From Macrostomum lignano (lineage: Eukaryota), in the NCBI GenBank assembly GCA_002269645.1, contig NIVC01001658.1, positions 62,001 to 126,000 of the forward strand: a stretch of 64,000 nucleotides of DNA, read 5' to 3'. This document shows positions 25,016 to 40,000 of this stretch, one piece after another. The notes under the pieces were generated by a model that was given only the letters and a program-made list of their open reading frames with translations, was not told where the DNA came from and did not search any database. Each line of letters begins with the position of its first letter. Position 1 is the first letter of the stretch. A program made the position numbers and the translations under genes.

Positions 25016-28000
25016 GTCTGTCTGTCTGTCTGTCTTAGTGTCTGTCCATCTGTCTTAGTTGTTCTGACAGTATTAACAACCATAGCCGCCATCTAATTGC
25101 CTCCAAACCAATCCAGTATTGACCACCCAATTGTCGAGCCGGTCGCCCAGCATAAGGAGTGTTTATAACCCAAGTTAGTTGGTTCCAAATTCTCTCCGTT
25201 TATTGACTGTATTGACCACTATCAATATTCCATGGGGGAGATTCTTTGTTTACCTTGGTGTGGAAGGTTCTGGTTTTACTTTTAAATGTCCGTCATTAGT
25301 ATCTCTTCTGTTTTAACATTTCACGCAAAATCTTTTTCACCTGTCGCAGAAATTGTCCAATCTGATGTTCCTACGGAGAAGAAGCTGGAGAGCATTGTAC
25401 ACCTAGCCGAGATGTGCATTGAAGTTTTGCAACAGAACGAGGAACATCATTCCGAGGTAATGTGGTGCTTTATTTACAAAACGAATTTTATTGACAAGAG
25501 AAACAATGAACTTTTGTGCAAAGAAGCTCACCCTCTAAATATAATTTGTCCTTTAATTTTTTCTCTCAAATTTTAGGAGTGCAGAGAGGTAAACGCGAAA
25601 TCCTCCACAAAATCTTTAATATTTCTTTTCTATTTTTTCTCTATTTTTGGATTATAGTGTGATATACATACTACTATATTACTACTGTTAATAATGTAAG
25701 ACATGGTTATTAGTCTATGGCCTTAACTGCATGCAATGTTTTGGTCAGTTATATGTCCATGGGGTCATTTCTAAACTGGTATTAAGACTCGCTGTTCATT
25801 ATTGTCTATGGCACATAATAGGGAATGCACGCTAGGCACGCTGGAAGTGTAAGTTGTCAAAATCAAAGTGTTAATTAATACCTAAATTGTCTATGGCAAT
25901 CAAGAAGGCTCTTTCCCGTTTGCCATTCCCATATCTAGTTCGAGCCAACCGACAGACAGTAGTCTATGGTCTGAAACTAACCAATCACAAGACAGAATGG
26001 CCATAGACACTTTAACTGCTTCACATGTTACAGCCAAGGACAACTCAAGTGAAAGGACGGGAGACTAGCAACGTTTCTTACAGAAAGTTAAGGAGGCTGC
26101 TTTTCGCCGAAAAATACACTATGGCGATAGGAACTTCTCACGTTTTTCATAATAAAATTGTTATTGCTTTTGATGGGAGGAAGACCCTATGTTCATCTTT
26201 TGATATGTTGTGCCTTTCTTATGGCTCTATTGATATTTATAGGGAAAAACATATGATGAGCATAAGATCTGCCTTCTATCAAAAGCAATAACAATTTTAA
26301 TATGAAAAAAACGTGAAAAGTTGTCCTTAATTACAACATTGAGCCCGGAATTCGCTTGCCCAACTTTCTCAAACTGTGTGCTCTCACGGACCCATTTTGT
26401 GTCATTAGACAATTTACGAAAATCCTCAACGGATTGATTCTCAATTGCTCATTTGGCATGGAGAATACTATATTAAAGGATTAACGCAAATGTTTGTTAC
26501 AAAGCATTTTAAAATCCTCAGATTTGTAGACCAATACTAAAGATAAAGATTATAATTTACGCGGAAAAATAGTTAACACAAGTTAAAAAGTATTAGTAAA
26601 CATAAGATACTTTCTGCGCAGTGCTTTCACTCTATGTATATACTACTCACTTCAATCGCGCAAAAGTAGTCTACAATCTGTATATAACTTTTTGAGAGAA
26701 AACGTTTAATTATGAGTGCAAATTTTTATACACTATTTACTAGTAGTTTCTGGGCACTTCATTGCGCTATTTTTTCTAATTATTTCATATATGCAAACAC
26801 TACTTCCTTGCAAGTCGATAGAAATGTCAATCAAGCTGATAGAAATGTCAATCAAGTTGATCAAAATGTCAATCAAGTTGATAAAAATTTCAATCAAGCT
26901 GATAAAATGTCAATCAAACTAATAAAATGTCAATCAAGTTGATAAAAATGTCAACCAAGCTGATAAAAATGTCAATCAAGCTGATAAAAATGTCAATCAA
27001 GTTGATAAAATGTCAATCAAGTTGATAAAATGTCAATCAAGTTGATAAAATGTCAATCAAGTTGATAAAATGTCAATCAAGTTGATAAAAATATCAATCA
27101 AACTAATAAAATGTCAATCAAGTTGATAAAATGTCAATCAAGTTGATAAAAATGTCAATCAAGTTGATAAAATGTCAATCAAGTTGATAAAATGTCAATC
27201 AAGTTGATAAAAATATCAATCAAACTAATAAAATGTCAATCAAGTTGATAAAAATGTCAATCAAGTTGATAAAAATATCAATCAAGTTGATAAAATGTCA
27301 ATCAAGTTGATAAAATGTCAATCAAGTTGATAAAAATGTCAATCAAGTTGATAAAATGTCAATCAAGTTGATAAAAATATCAATCAAACTAATAAAATGT
27401 CAATCAAGTTGATAAAAATGTCAATCAAGTTGATAAAAATATCAATCAAGTTGATAAAATGTCAATCAAGTTGATAAAATGTCAATCAAGTTGATAAAAA
27501 TGTCAATCAAGTTGATAAAATGTCAATCAAGTTGATAAAATGTCAATCAAGTTGATAAAAATATCAATCAAACTAATAAAATGTCAATCAAACTAATAAA
27601 AATTTCAATCAAGCTGATAAAATGTCAATCAATCTGATAAAAATGTCAATCAAACTAATAAAATGTCAATCAAGTTGATAAAAATGTCAATCAAGTTGAT
27701 AAAAATATCAATCAAACTAATAAAATGTCAATCAAACTAATAAAAATGTCAATCAAGCTGATAAAAATGTCAATCAAGCTGATAAAAATGTCAATCAAGC
27801 TGATAAAAATGTCAATCAAGTTGATAAAATGTCAATCAAGTTGATAAAATGTCAATCAAGTTGATAAAAATATCAATCAAGTTGATAAAATGTCAATCAA
27901 GTTGATAAAATGTCAATCAAGTTGATAAAACTGTCAATCAAGTTGATAAAATGTCAATCAAGTTGATAAAATGTCAATCAAGTTGATAAAAATGTTAATC

Positions 28001-31000
28001 AAGTTAATAAAAATGTCAATCAAGTTGATAAAAATATCAATCAAACTAATAAAATGTCAATCAAACTAATAAAAATGTCAATCAAGCTGATAAAAATGTC
28101 AATCAAGCTGATAAAAATGTCAATCAAGTTGATAAAATGTCAATCAAGTTGATAAAACTGTCAATCAAGTTGATAAAATGTCAATCAAGTTGATAAAATG
28201 TCAATCAAGTTGATAAAAATGTTAATCAAGTTAATAAAAATGTCAATCAAGTTGATAAAAATATCAATCAAACTAATAAAATGTCAATCAAACTAATAAA
28301 AATGTCAATCAAGCTGATAAAAATGTCAATCAAGCTGATAAAAATGTCAATCAAGCTGATAAAAATGTCAATCAAGTTAATAAAATGTCAATCAAGTTGA
28401 TAAAATGTCAATCAAGTTGATAAAATGTCAATCAAGTTGATAAAATGTCAATCAAGCTGATAAAAATATCAATCAAACTAATAAAATGTCAATCAAACTA
28501 ATAAAAATGTCAATCAAGTTGATAAAATGTCAATCAAGTTGATAAAAATGTCAATCAAGTTGATAAAAATGTCAATCAAGCTGATAAAAATGTCAATCAA
28601 GCTGATAAAAATGTCAATCAAGTTGATAAAATGTCAATCAAGTTGATAAAATGTCAATCAAGTTGATAAAAATATCAATCAAACTAATAAAATGTCAATC
28701 AAACTAATAAAAATTTCAATCAAGCTGATAAAATGTCAATCAATCTGATAAAAATGTCAATCAAACTAATAAAATGTCAATCAAGTTGATAAAAATGTCA
28801 ATCAAGTTGATAAAAATATCAATCAAACTAATAAAATGTCAATCAAACTAATAAAAATGTCAATCAAGCTGATAAAAATGTCAATCAAGCTGATAAAAAT
28901 GTCAATCAAGCTGATAAAATGTCAATCAAGTTGATAAAAATGTCAATCAAGTTGATAAAATGTCAATCAAGTTGATAAAATGTCAATCAAGTTGATAAAA
29001 TGTCAATCAAGCTGATAAAAATGTCAATCAAGCTGATAAAAATGTCAATCAAGCTGATAAAAATGTCAATCAAGTTGATAAAATGTCAATCAAGTTGATA
29101 AAATGTCAATCAAGTTGATAAAAATATCAATCAAGTTGATAAAATGTCAATCAAGTTGATAAAATGTCAATCAAGTTGATAAAAATGTCAATCAAGTTGA
29201 TAAAATGTCAATCAAGTTGATAAAATGTCAATCAATCTGATAAAAATGTCAATCAAACTAATAAAATGTCAATCAAGTTGATAAAAATGTCAATCAAGTT
29301 GATAAAAATATCAATCAAACTAATAAAATGTCAATCAAACTAATAAAAATTTCAATCAAGCTGATAAAATGTCAATCAATCTGATAAAAATGTCAATAAA
29401 ACTAATAAAATGTCAATCAAGTTGATAAAAATGTCAATCAAGTTGATAAAAATATCAATCAAACTAATAAAATGTCAATCAAACTAATAAAAATATCAAT
29501 CAAGCTGATAAAATTGTCAATCAAGCTGATAAAAATGTCAATCAAGCTGATAAAAATGTCAATCAAGTTGATAAAATGTCAATCAAGTTGATAAAATGTC
29601 AATCAAGTTGATAAAAATATCAATCAAGTTGATAAAATGTCAATCAAGTTGATAAAATGTCAATCAAGTTGATAAAAATGTCAATTAAGTTGATAAAATG
29701 TCAATCAAGTTGATAAAATGTCTATCAAGTTGATAAAAATGTTAATCAAGTTAATAAAAATGTCAATCAAGTTGATAAAAATATCAATCAAACTAATAAA
29801 ATGTCAATCAAACTAATAAAAATGTCAATCAAGCTGATAAAAATGTCAATCAAGCTGATAAAAATGTCAATCAAGCTGATAAAAATGTCAATCAAGTTGA
29901 TAAAATGTCAATCAAGTTGATAAAAATGTCAATCAAGTTAATAAAAATGTCAATCAAGTTGATAAAAATATCAATCAAACTAATAAAATGTCAATCAAAC
30001 TAATAAAAATGTCAATCAAGCTGATAAAATGTCAATCAAGCTGATAAAAATGTCAATCAAACTAATAAAATGTCAATCAAGTTGATAAAAATGTCAATCA
30101 AGTTGATAAAAATATCAATCAAACTAATAAAATGTCAATCAAACTAATAAAAATGTCAATCAAGTGGATAAAAATGTCAATCAAGTTGATAAATATATCA
30201 ATCAAACTAAAAAAATTTCAATCAAACTAATAAAAATGTCAATCAAGCTGATAAAAATGTCAATCAAGCTGATAAAAATGTCAATCAAGCTGATAAAAAT
30301 GTCAATCAAGTTAATAAAATGTCAATCAAGTTGATAAAATGTCAATCAAGTTGATAAAATGTCAATCAAGTTGATAAAATGTCAATCAAGTTGATAAAAT
30401 GTCAATCAAGTTGATAAAAATATCAATCAAACTAATAAAATGTCAATCAAACTAATAAAAATGTCAATCAAGTTGATAAAATGTCAATCAAGTTGATAAA
30501 AATGTCAATCAAGTTGATAAAAATATCAATCAAGTTGATAAAATGTCAATCAAGTTGATAAAATGTCAATCAAGTTGATAAAATGTCAATCAAGTTGATA
30601 AAAATGTCAATCAAGTTGATAAAAATATCAATCAAGTTGATAAAATGTCAATCAAGTTGATAAAATGTCAATCAAGTTGATAAAAATGTCAATCAAGTTG
30701 ATAAAATGTCAATCAAGTTGATAAAATGTCAATCAAGTTGATAAAAATGTTAATCAAGTTGATATAAATATCAATCAAACTAATAAAATGTCAATCAAGT
30801 TGATAAAATGTCAATCAAGTTGATAAAAATGTCAATCAAGTTGATAAAATGTCAATCAAGTTGATAAAATGTCAATCAAGTTGATAAAAATATCAATCAA
30901 ACTAATAAAATGTCAATCAAACTAATAAAAATTTCAATCAAGCTGATAAAATGTCAATCAATCTGATAAAAATGTCAATCAAACTAATAAAATGTCAATC

Positions 31001-34000
31001 AAGTTGATAAAAATGTCAATCAAGTTGATAAAAATATCAATCAAACTAATAAAATGTCAATCAAACTAATAAAAATGTCAATCAAGCTGATAAAAATGTC
31101 AATCAAGCTGATAAAAATGTCAATCAAGCTGATAAAAATGTCAATCAAGTTGATAAAATGTCAATCAAGTTGATAAAATGTCAATCAAGTTGATAAAAAT
31201 ATCAATCAAGTTGATAAAATGTCAATCAAGTTGATAAAATGTCAATCAAGTTGATAAAACTGTCAATCAAGTTGATAAAATGTCAATCAAGTTGATAAAA
31301 TGTCAATCAAGTTGATAAAAATGTTAATCAAGTTAATAAAAATGTCAATCAAGTTGATAAAAATATCAATCAAACTAATAAAATGTCAATCAAACTAATA
31401 AAAATGTCAATCAAGCTGATAAAAATGTCAATCAAGCTGATAAAAATGTCAATCAAGCTGATAAAAATGTCAATCAAGTTAATAAAATGTCAATCAAGTT
31501 GATAAAATGTCAATCAAGTTGATAAAATGTCAATCAAGTTGATAAAATGTCAATCAAGCTGATAAAAATATCAATCAAACTAATAAAATGTCAATCAAAC
31601 TAATAAAAATGTCAATCAAGTTGATAAAATGTCAATCAAGTTGATAAAAATGTCAATCAAGTTGATAAAAATGTCAATCAAGCTGATAAAAATGTCAATC
31701 AAGCTGATAAAAATGTCAATCAAGTTGATAAAATGTCAATCAAGTTGATAAAATGTCAATCAAGTTGATAAAAATATCAATCAAACTAATAAAATGTCAA
31801 TCAAACTAATAAAAATTTCAATCAAGCTGATAAAATGTCAATCAATCTGATAAAAATGTCAATCAAACTAATAAAATGTCAATCAAGTTGATAAAAATGT
31901 CAATCAAGTTGATAAAAATATCAATCAAACTAATAAAATGTCAATCAAACTAATAAAATGTCAATCAAACTAATAAAAATGTCAATCAAGCTGATAAAAA
32001 TGTCAATCAAGCTGATAAAATGTCAATCAAGTTGATAAAAATGTCAATCAAGTTGATAAAATGTCAATCAAGTTGATAAAATGTCAATCAAGTTGATAAA
32101 ATGTCAATCAAGCTGATAAAAATGTCAATCAAGCTGATAAAAATGTCAATCAAGCTGATAAAAATGTCAATCAAGTTGATAAAATGTCAATCAAGTTGAT
32201 AAAATGTCAATCAAGTTGATAAAAATATCAATCAAGTTGATAAAATGTCAATCAAGTTGATAAAATGTCAATCAAGTTGATAAAAATGTCAATCAAGTTG
32301 ATAAAATGTCAATCAAGTTGATAAAATGTCAATCAATCTGATAAAAATGTCAATCAAACTAATAAAATGTCAATCAAGTTGATAAAAATGTCAATCAAGT
32401 TGATAAAAATATCAATCAAACTAATAAAATGTCAATCAAACTAATAAAAATTTCAATCAAGCTGATAAAATGTCAATCAATCTGATAAAAATGTCAATAA
32501 AACTAATAAAATGTCAATCAAGTTGATAAAAATGTCAATCAAGTTGATAAAAATATCAATCAAACTAATAAAATGTCAATCAAACTAATAAAAATATCAA
32601 TCAAGCTGATAAAATTGTCAATCAAGCTGATAAAAATGTCAATCAAGCTGATAAAAATGTCAATCAAGTTGATAAAATGTCAATCAAGTTGATAAAATGT
32701 CAATCAAGTTGATAAAAATATCAATCAAGTTGATAAAATGTCAATCAAGTTGATAAAATGTCAATCAAGTTGATAAAAATGTCAATTAAGTTGATAAAAT
32801 GTCAATCAAGTTGATAAAATGTCTATCAAGTTGATAAAAATGTTAATCAAGTTAATAAAAATGTCAATCAAGTTGATAAAAATATCAATCAAACTAATAA
32901 AATGTCAATCAAACTAATAAAAATGTCAATCAAGCTGATAAAAATGTCAATCAAGCTGATAAAAATGTCAATCAAGCTGATAAAAATGTCAATCAAGTTG
33001 ATAAAATGTCAATCAAGTTGATAAAAATGTCAATCAAGTTAATAAAAATGTCAATCAAGTTGATAAAAATATCAATCAAACTAATAAAATGTCAATCAAA
33101 CTAATAAAAATGTCAATCAAGCTGATAAAATGTCAATCAAGCTGATAAAAATGTCAATCAAACTAATAAAATGTCAATCAAGTTGATAAAAATGTCAATC
33201 AAGTTGATAAAAATATCAATCAAACTAATAAAATGTCAATCAAACTAATAAAAATGTCAATCAAGTGGATAAAAATGTCAATCAAGTTGATAAATATATC
33301 AATCAAACTAAAAAAATTTCAATCAAACTAATAAAAATGTCAATCAAGCTGATAAAAATGTCAATCAAGCTGATAAAAATGTCAATCAAGCTGATAAAAA
33401 TGTCAATCAAGTTAATAAAATGTCAATCAAGTTGATAAAATGTCAATCAAGTTGATAAAATGTCAATCAAGTTGATAAAATGTCAATCAAGTTGATAAAA
33501 TGTCAATCAAGTTGATAAAAATATCAATCAAACTAATAAAATGTCAATCAAACTAATAAAAATGTCAATCAAGTTGATAAAATGTCAATCAAGTTGATAA
33601 AAATGTCAATCAAGTTGATAAAAATATCAATCAAGTTGATAAAATGTCAATCAAGTTGATAAAATGTCAATCAAGTTGATAAAATGTCAATCAAGTTGAT
33701 AAAAATGTCAATCAAGTTGATAAAAATATCAATCAAGTTGATAAAATGTCAATCAAGTTGATAAAATGTCAATCAAGTTGATAAAAATGTCAATCAAGTT
33801 GATAAAATGTCAATCAAGTTGATAAAATGTCAATCAAGTTGATAAAAATGTTAATCAAGTTGATATAAATATCAATCAAACTAATAAAATGTCAATCAAA
33901 CTGATAAAAATGTCAATCAAGCTGATAAAAATATCAATCAAACTAATAAAATGTCAATCAAACTAATAAAAATGTCAATTAAGTTGATAAAATGTCAATC

Positions 34001-37000
34001 AAGTTGATAAAAATGTCAATCAAGTTTATAAAATGTCAATCAAGTACATAAAATGTCAATCAAGTTGATAGAAATGTCAATCAAGTTGATAAAATGTCAA
34101 TCAAGCTGATAAAAATATCAATCAAGTTGATAAAAATATCAATCAAACTAATAAAATGTCAATCAAACTGATAAAAATGTCAATCAAGCTGATAAAAATA
34201 TCAATCAAACTAATAAAATGTCAATCAAACTAATAAAAATGTCAATCAAGCTGATAAAAATGTCAATCAAGCTGATAAAAATGTCAATCAAGTTGATAAA
34301 ATGTCAATCAAACTAATAAAAATGTCAATCAAGCTGATAAAAATGTCAATCAAGTTGATAGAAAAATCAATCAAGCTGATAAAATGTCAATCAAACTCAA
34401 AATGTCAATCAAACTCATAAAATGTCAATCAAACTCATAAAATGTCAATCCAACTGATAAAAATGTCAATCGAGCTGATAAAAACATCTATCCAGTTGAT
34501 AAAATCCAGTGATCCACTTAATTGGGCTTTTGATAACTTGATTAACTACCTGTGCATGCTAACAAATGAGTAGACTGAATCTTTTTCATCTCGATAAAAT
34601 AGCTATTTCTCTTTATTTTTTCCTAAATTAACAAGCGCGCAAAAGAAGTAAAGATTTTTCATTAATTTGCAGAGTTTTATATTTATCAATGGAGATTTCA
34701 TTCCCTTAAGTCCTAATGAGTTGAAGAGTGAGCTAAATTGGCCAGCTTATGAAACTTTACTAACAACTTCAATAAAATATTTCTATTCCTTGATTTCAGG
34801 CATTCGCCTGGTTCTCAGACCTTCTAGTTGAGCACGCTGAAATATTCTGGGCCAAATTCGCGGTCGATATGCTCACGGTGCTTGAGAACCAGCCGCCGGA
34901 CGTGTGGGACTCGTTCCCTCTGTTCCAACTGCTCAATGACTACCTTAGATCTGATGGTGAGCCTTGCGGTGACTCATGCTGCACTCCACTCTACTTTACT
35001 CTACTCCACTCTACTCTACTCCACTCTATTCTACTCTATTCTACTCTACTCCACTCTACTCCACTCTACTCTACTCTACTCTACTCTACTTCACTCTACT
35101 CCACTCTATTCTACTCTACTCTACTCTACTCCACTCTACTCTACTCTACTCTACTCCACTCTACTCTACTCCACTCTACTCTACTCTACTCTACTCTACT
35201 CCACTCTACTCTACTCCACTCTACTCTACTCTACTCCACTCTACTCCACTCTACTCTACTCTACTCTACTCTACTCCACTCTACTCTACTCCACTCTACT
35301 CCACTCTACTCTACTCTACTCTACTCTACTTCACTCTACTCCACTCTATTCTACTCTACTCTACTCCACTCTACTCTACTCCACTCTACTCTACTCTACT
35401 CCACTCTACTCCACTTAACTCTACTCTACTCTACTCTACTCCACTCTACTCTACTCCACTCTACTCTACTCCACTCTACTCTACTCTACTCTACTTCACT
35501 CTACTCCACTCTATTCTACTCTACTCTACTCTACTCTACTCCACTCTACTCTACTCCACTCTACTATACTCCACTCTACTCTACTCCACTCTACTCTACT
35601 CCACTCTACTATACTCCACTCTACTCTACTTCACTCTACTCCACTCTATTCTACTCTACTCCACTCTACTCTACTCCACTCTACTCTACTCCACTCTACT
35701 CTACTCCACTCTACTCTACTCTACTCCACTCTACTCTACTCTACTCTACTCTACTTCACTCTACTCCACTCTATTCTACTCTACTCCACTCTATTCTACT
35801 CTACTCCACTCTACTCTACTCCACTCTACTCTACTCCACTCTACTCTACTCTACTCCACTCTACTCTACTCTACTCTACTCTACTTCACTCTACTCCACT
35901 CTATTCTACTCTACTCTACTCCACTCTACTCTACTCCACTCTACTATACTTCCTCTACTCTATACTACTCTACTTTACAGTACTCCTCACTCTACCTAAA
36001 TTTACCCCAATTCTCCACCAACCCTAACAGCGAACCTTCGCAGCGGCAAATTCCACCAGCAACTGCGCGACATCTTTGCTCCCCAAGTGGTTCGCTATGT
36101 GGACCTGATGGAGTCCTCCATCGCCCAGTCCATACACAAAGGCTTCGAGAAGGAGCGCTGGACTTTAAAGGGTGCCGGCTGCTCCAGCAGCGAAGACCTG
36201 CTGTGGAAACTGGAAGCTCTGCAGTCGTTCATATCGGATCTGCACTGGCCAGACCCCGTGTTTGCTGAGCACCTGGACAACCGGCTCAAGCTCATGGCTG
36301 CCGACATGCTTGAAGCGGCTGGCAAGAGGACCGTGTCCGCATTTGAGACCATCATGAAACGGACTAGCAAGAGTACAGATTTTCTGCTGCCTGTGGAAGT
36401 GTGCGTCATGTTGAATACATGCGTTAGTTTGAAGGCTAGCGTGTTTAAACTCTGCACCATGGGCGCTGGGGAGAATATGGTGAGTGACATTGTACTTGGG
36501 AAATTGTGGATTAAACTGTTTTTTTTACATTTCCGAATGAATTTAGGTGTAAAATGGTAGATTAACTTTTTTAGTGAATTGTAGAGTGACATTATAACCG
36601 TGTAGAGTGACATTAAAAACTCGTAGAATGGCATAAACATGTAGTGACATTATAAACATGCGGAGTGACATTATAAACTCGTAGAATGACATAACATGTA
36701 GTGACACTATAAACATGTAAAGTGACACTATAAACATGTAGAGTGACATTATACACATGCGGAGTGACATTATAAACTCGTAGAATGACATAACATGTAG
36801 TGACACTATAAACATGTAAAGTGACACTATAAACATGTAGAGTGACATTATACACATGCGGAGTGACATTATAAACACGTTAGAGTGACATTATAAACAC
36901 GTTAGAGTGACACTATAAGCATGTGGAGTGACACTATAAGCATGTGGAGTGACACTATAAACATGTGGAGTGACATTATAAACACGTTAGAGTGACACTA

Positions 37001-40000
37001 TAAGCATGTGGAGTGACACTATAAACATGTGGAGTGACATTATAAACATGTAGAGTGACATTAAAAACTCGTAGAATGGCATAAACATGTAGTGACATTA
37101 TAAACATGCGGAGTGACATTATAAACTCGTAGAATGACATAACATGTAGTGACACTATAAACATGTAAAGTGACACTATAAACATGTAGAGTGACATTAT
37201 ACACATGCGGAGTGACATTATAAACTCGTAGAATGACATAACATGTAGTGACACTATAAACATGTAAAGTGACACTATAAACATGTAGAGTGACATTATA
37301 CACATGCGGAGTGACATTATAAACACGTTAGAGTGACATTATAAACACGTTAGAGTGACACTATAAGCATGTGGAGTGACACTATAAGCATGTGGAGTGA
37401 CACTATAAACATGTGGAGTGACATTATAAACACGTTAGAGTGACACTATAAGCATGTGGAGTGACACTATAAACATGTGGAGTGACATTATAAACATGTA
37501 GAGTGACACTATAAACATGTGGAGTGACACTATAAGCATGTGGAGTGACACTATAAACATGTGGAGTGACATTATAAACATGTAGAGTGACACTATAAAC
37601 ATGTGGAGTGACATTATAAACACGTTGGAGTGACACTATAAGCATGTGGAGTGACACTATAAACATGTGGAGTGACTTTATAAACACGTTAGAGTGACAC
37701 TATAAGCATGTGGAGTGACACTATAAACATGTGGAGTGACATTATAAACATGTAGAGTGACATTATAAACACGTTAGAGTGACACTATAAGCATGTGGAG
37801 TGACACTATAAACATGTGGAGTGACATTATAAACATGTAGAGTGACACTATAAACATGTAGAGTGACATTATACACATGCGGAGTGACATTATAAACACG
37901 TTAGAGTGACATTATAAACACGCTGGAGTGACACTATAAGCATGTGGAGTGACACTATAAACATGTAGAGTGACATTATAAACATGTGGAGTGACACTAT
38001 AAACATGTGGAGTGACATTATAAACACGTTAGAGTGACACTATAAGCATGTGGAGTGACACTATAAACATGTAGAGTGACATTATAAACATGTGGAGTGA
38101 CACTATAAGCATGTGGAGTGACACTATAAACATGTGGAGTGACATTATAAACACGTTGGAGTGACACTATAAGCATGTGGAGTGACACTATAAACATGTG
38201 GAGTGACATTATAAGCATGTGGAGTGACACTATAAATATGTAGAGTGACACTATAAACATGTGGAGTGACATTATAAACACATTGGAGTGACACTATAAG
38301 CATGTGGAGTGACACTATAAACATGTGGAGTGACATTATAAACACGTTGGAGTGACACTATAAGCATGTGGAGTGACACTATAAACATGTGGAGTGACAT
38401 TATAAACACGTTGGAGTGACACTATAAGCATGTGGAGTGACACTATAAACATGTGGAGTGACATTATAAACACGTTAGAGTGACACTATAAGCATGTGGA
38501 GTGACATTATAAACATGTAGAGTGACATTATAAACACGTTAGAGTGACACTATAAGCATGTGGAGTGACACTTTAAACATGTGGAGTGACATTATAAACA
38601 TGTAGAGTGACACTATAAACATGTGGAGTGACACTATAAACACGCACTCTCCATTCCCGCCTAGCAGCACGAGTACCACACCAAGACAGACGAATTCCTG
38701 GAAGGCATTCAATCGCGAATCACGGGCGGTATCATCACCCGCTTCGGCGAGGTGCTGGAAGGCCTCCTGGTCAGACTGGCTCGCTACGATGAGACCGCCA
38801 TGTTCTCAAGTATTCTGTCTATTGCTAAGCCTACTGACGAGATTGGCAAAGAGTACATCGAGTTCTGCAGCTCGAATCTGGAACAGATCAGGCATCATAT
38901 CTATGATGAGCTGCTAGTGCTGAGTCTGTTTGATGTGAGCAGAATCCCAATACTGAAAAATCCCCATTTCCAAATCCCAATTCTGAAGAATCCACATTTT
39001 CAAATCTCAATTCTAAAAACACCCCGTTTCCAAATCCTGATTTTATCCTCAATATTCTATTTCCATATCCCAAATTCCCAAAAAATCCCATTTTCCAATC
39101 TCAACTCTAAAAATATCCCATTCCCAAATCCCAACTCTAAGAATATCCCATTTCCAAATCCCAACTCTAAGAATAGCTTATTTTCAAATCCCAATTCTCA
39201 AAATATCCCAGTTCCAAATCCCAATTCTAAAAATATCCCATTCTCAAATCGCATTTCAAAGAATCGCCTTCCCCATTCGGGCTTTCTAGAGCTGGTACAG
39301 CCGCCAAATCCGCCTAATTCACGACTGGCTGGTGAAGGACCGGGCCCAGGCCTCTCTGCACGCCTACCAAGTCACCTGTCTCGGATTTATCGTCAAAAAA
39401 GTTCACGGCGACTTTGAATTGCAAGGCGTTACTCACGACGTGCTGGACACGAGACAGTATCAATCGCTGATTTCTAGAATTCAGGTTTGGAGTCTGTTTT
39501 CTATTGCTTCTTTTGTTTTCGATCTTTCTGCCATCTTTCCCTGAGATTCTCTATGAGACTCTCCCTGAGATTCTCCATGAGACTCTCCCTGAGATTCTTC
39601 ATGAGATTCTCCCTGAGATTCTCCATGAGACTCTCCCTGAGATTCTCCATGAGACTCTCCCTGAGATTCTTCATGAGATTCTCCCTGAGATTCTCCATGA
39701 GACTCTCCCTGAGATTCTCCATGAGACTCTCCCTGAGATTCTTCATGAGATTCTCCCTGAGATTCTCTATGAGACTCTCCCTGAGATTCTCTATGAGACT
39801 CTCCCTGAGATTCTCTATGAGACTCTCCCTGAGATTCTTCATGAGATTCTCCATGAGACTCTCCCTGAGATTCTCCATGAGACTCTCCCTGAGATTCTTC
39901 ATGAGATTCTCCCTGAGATTCTCCCTTGAGATTCTCCATGAGACTCTCCCTGAGATTCCCCATGAAACTCTCCCTGAGATTCTCCATGAGACTCTCCCTG

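Noticed and set aside
24168-25096. Extension of exon 9 into a 350-aa (SVCL)n ORF
   Set aside because: (TCTG)n microsatellite; the conserved CAPS frame resumes at 25350 through a phase-1 junction.
34957-36030. (LYST)n ORFs of 376-430 aa
   Set aside because: Pentanucleotide satellite inside intron 11.
36547-36556. AG-gtgtaaaatg-GT candidate microexon in intron 12
   Set aside because: 10 nt long, so it would shift the frame; no conservation argument.
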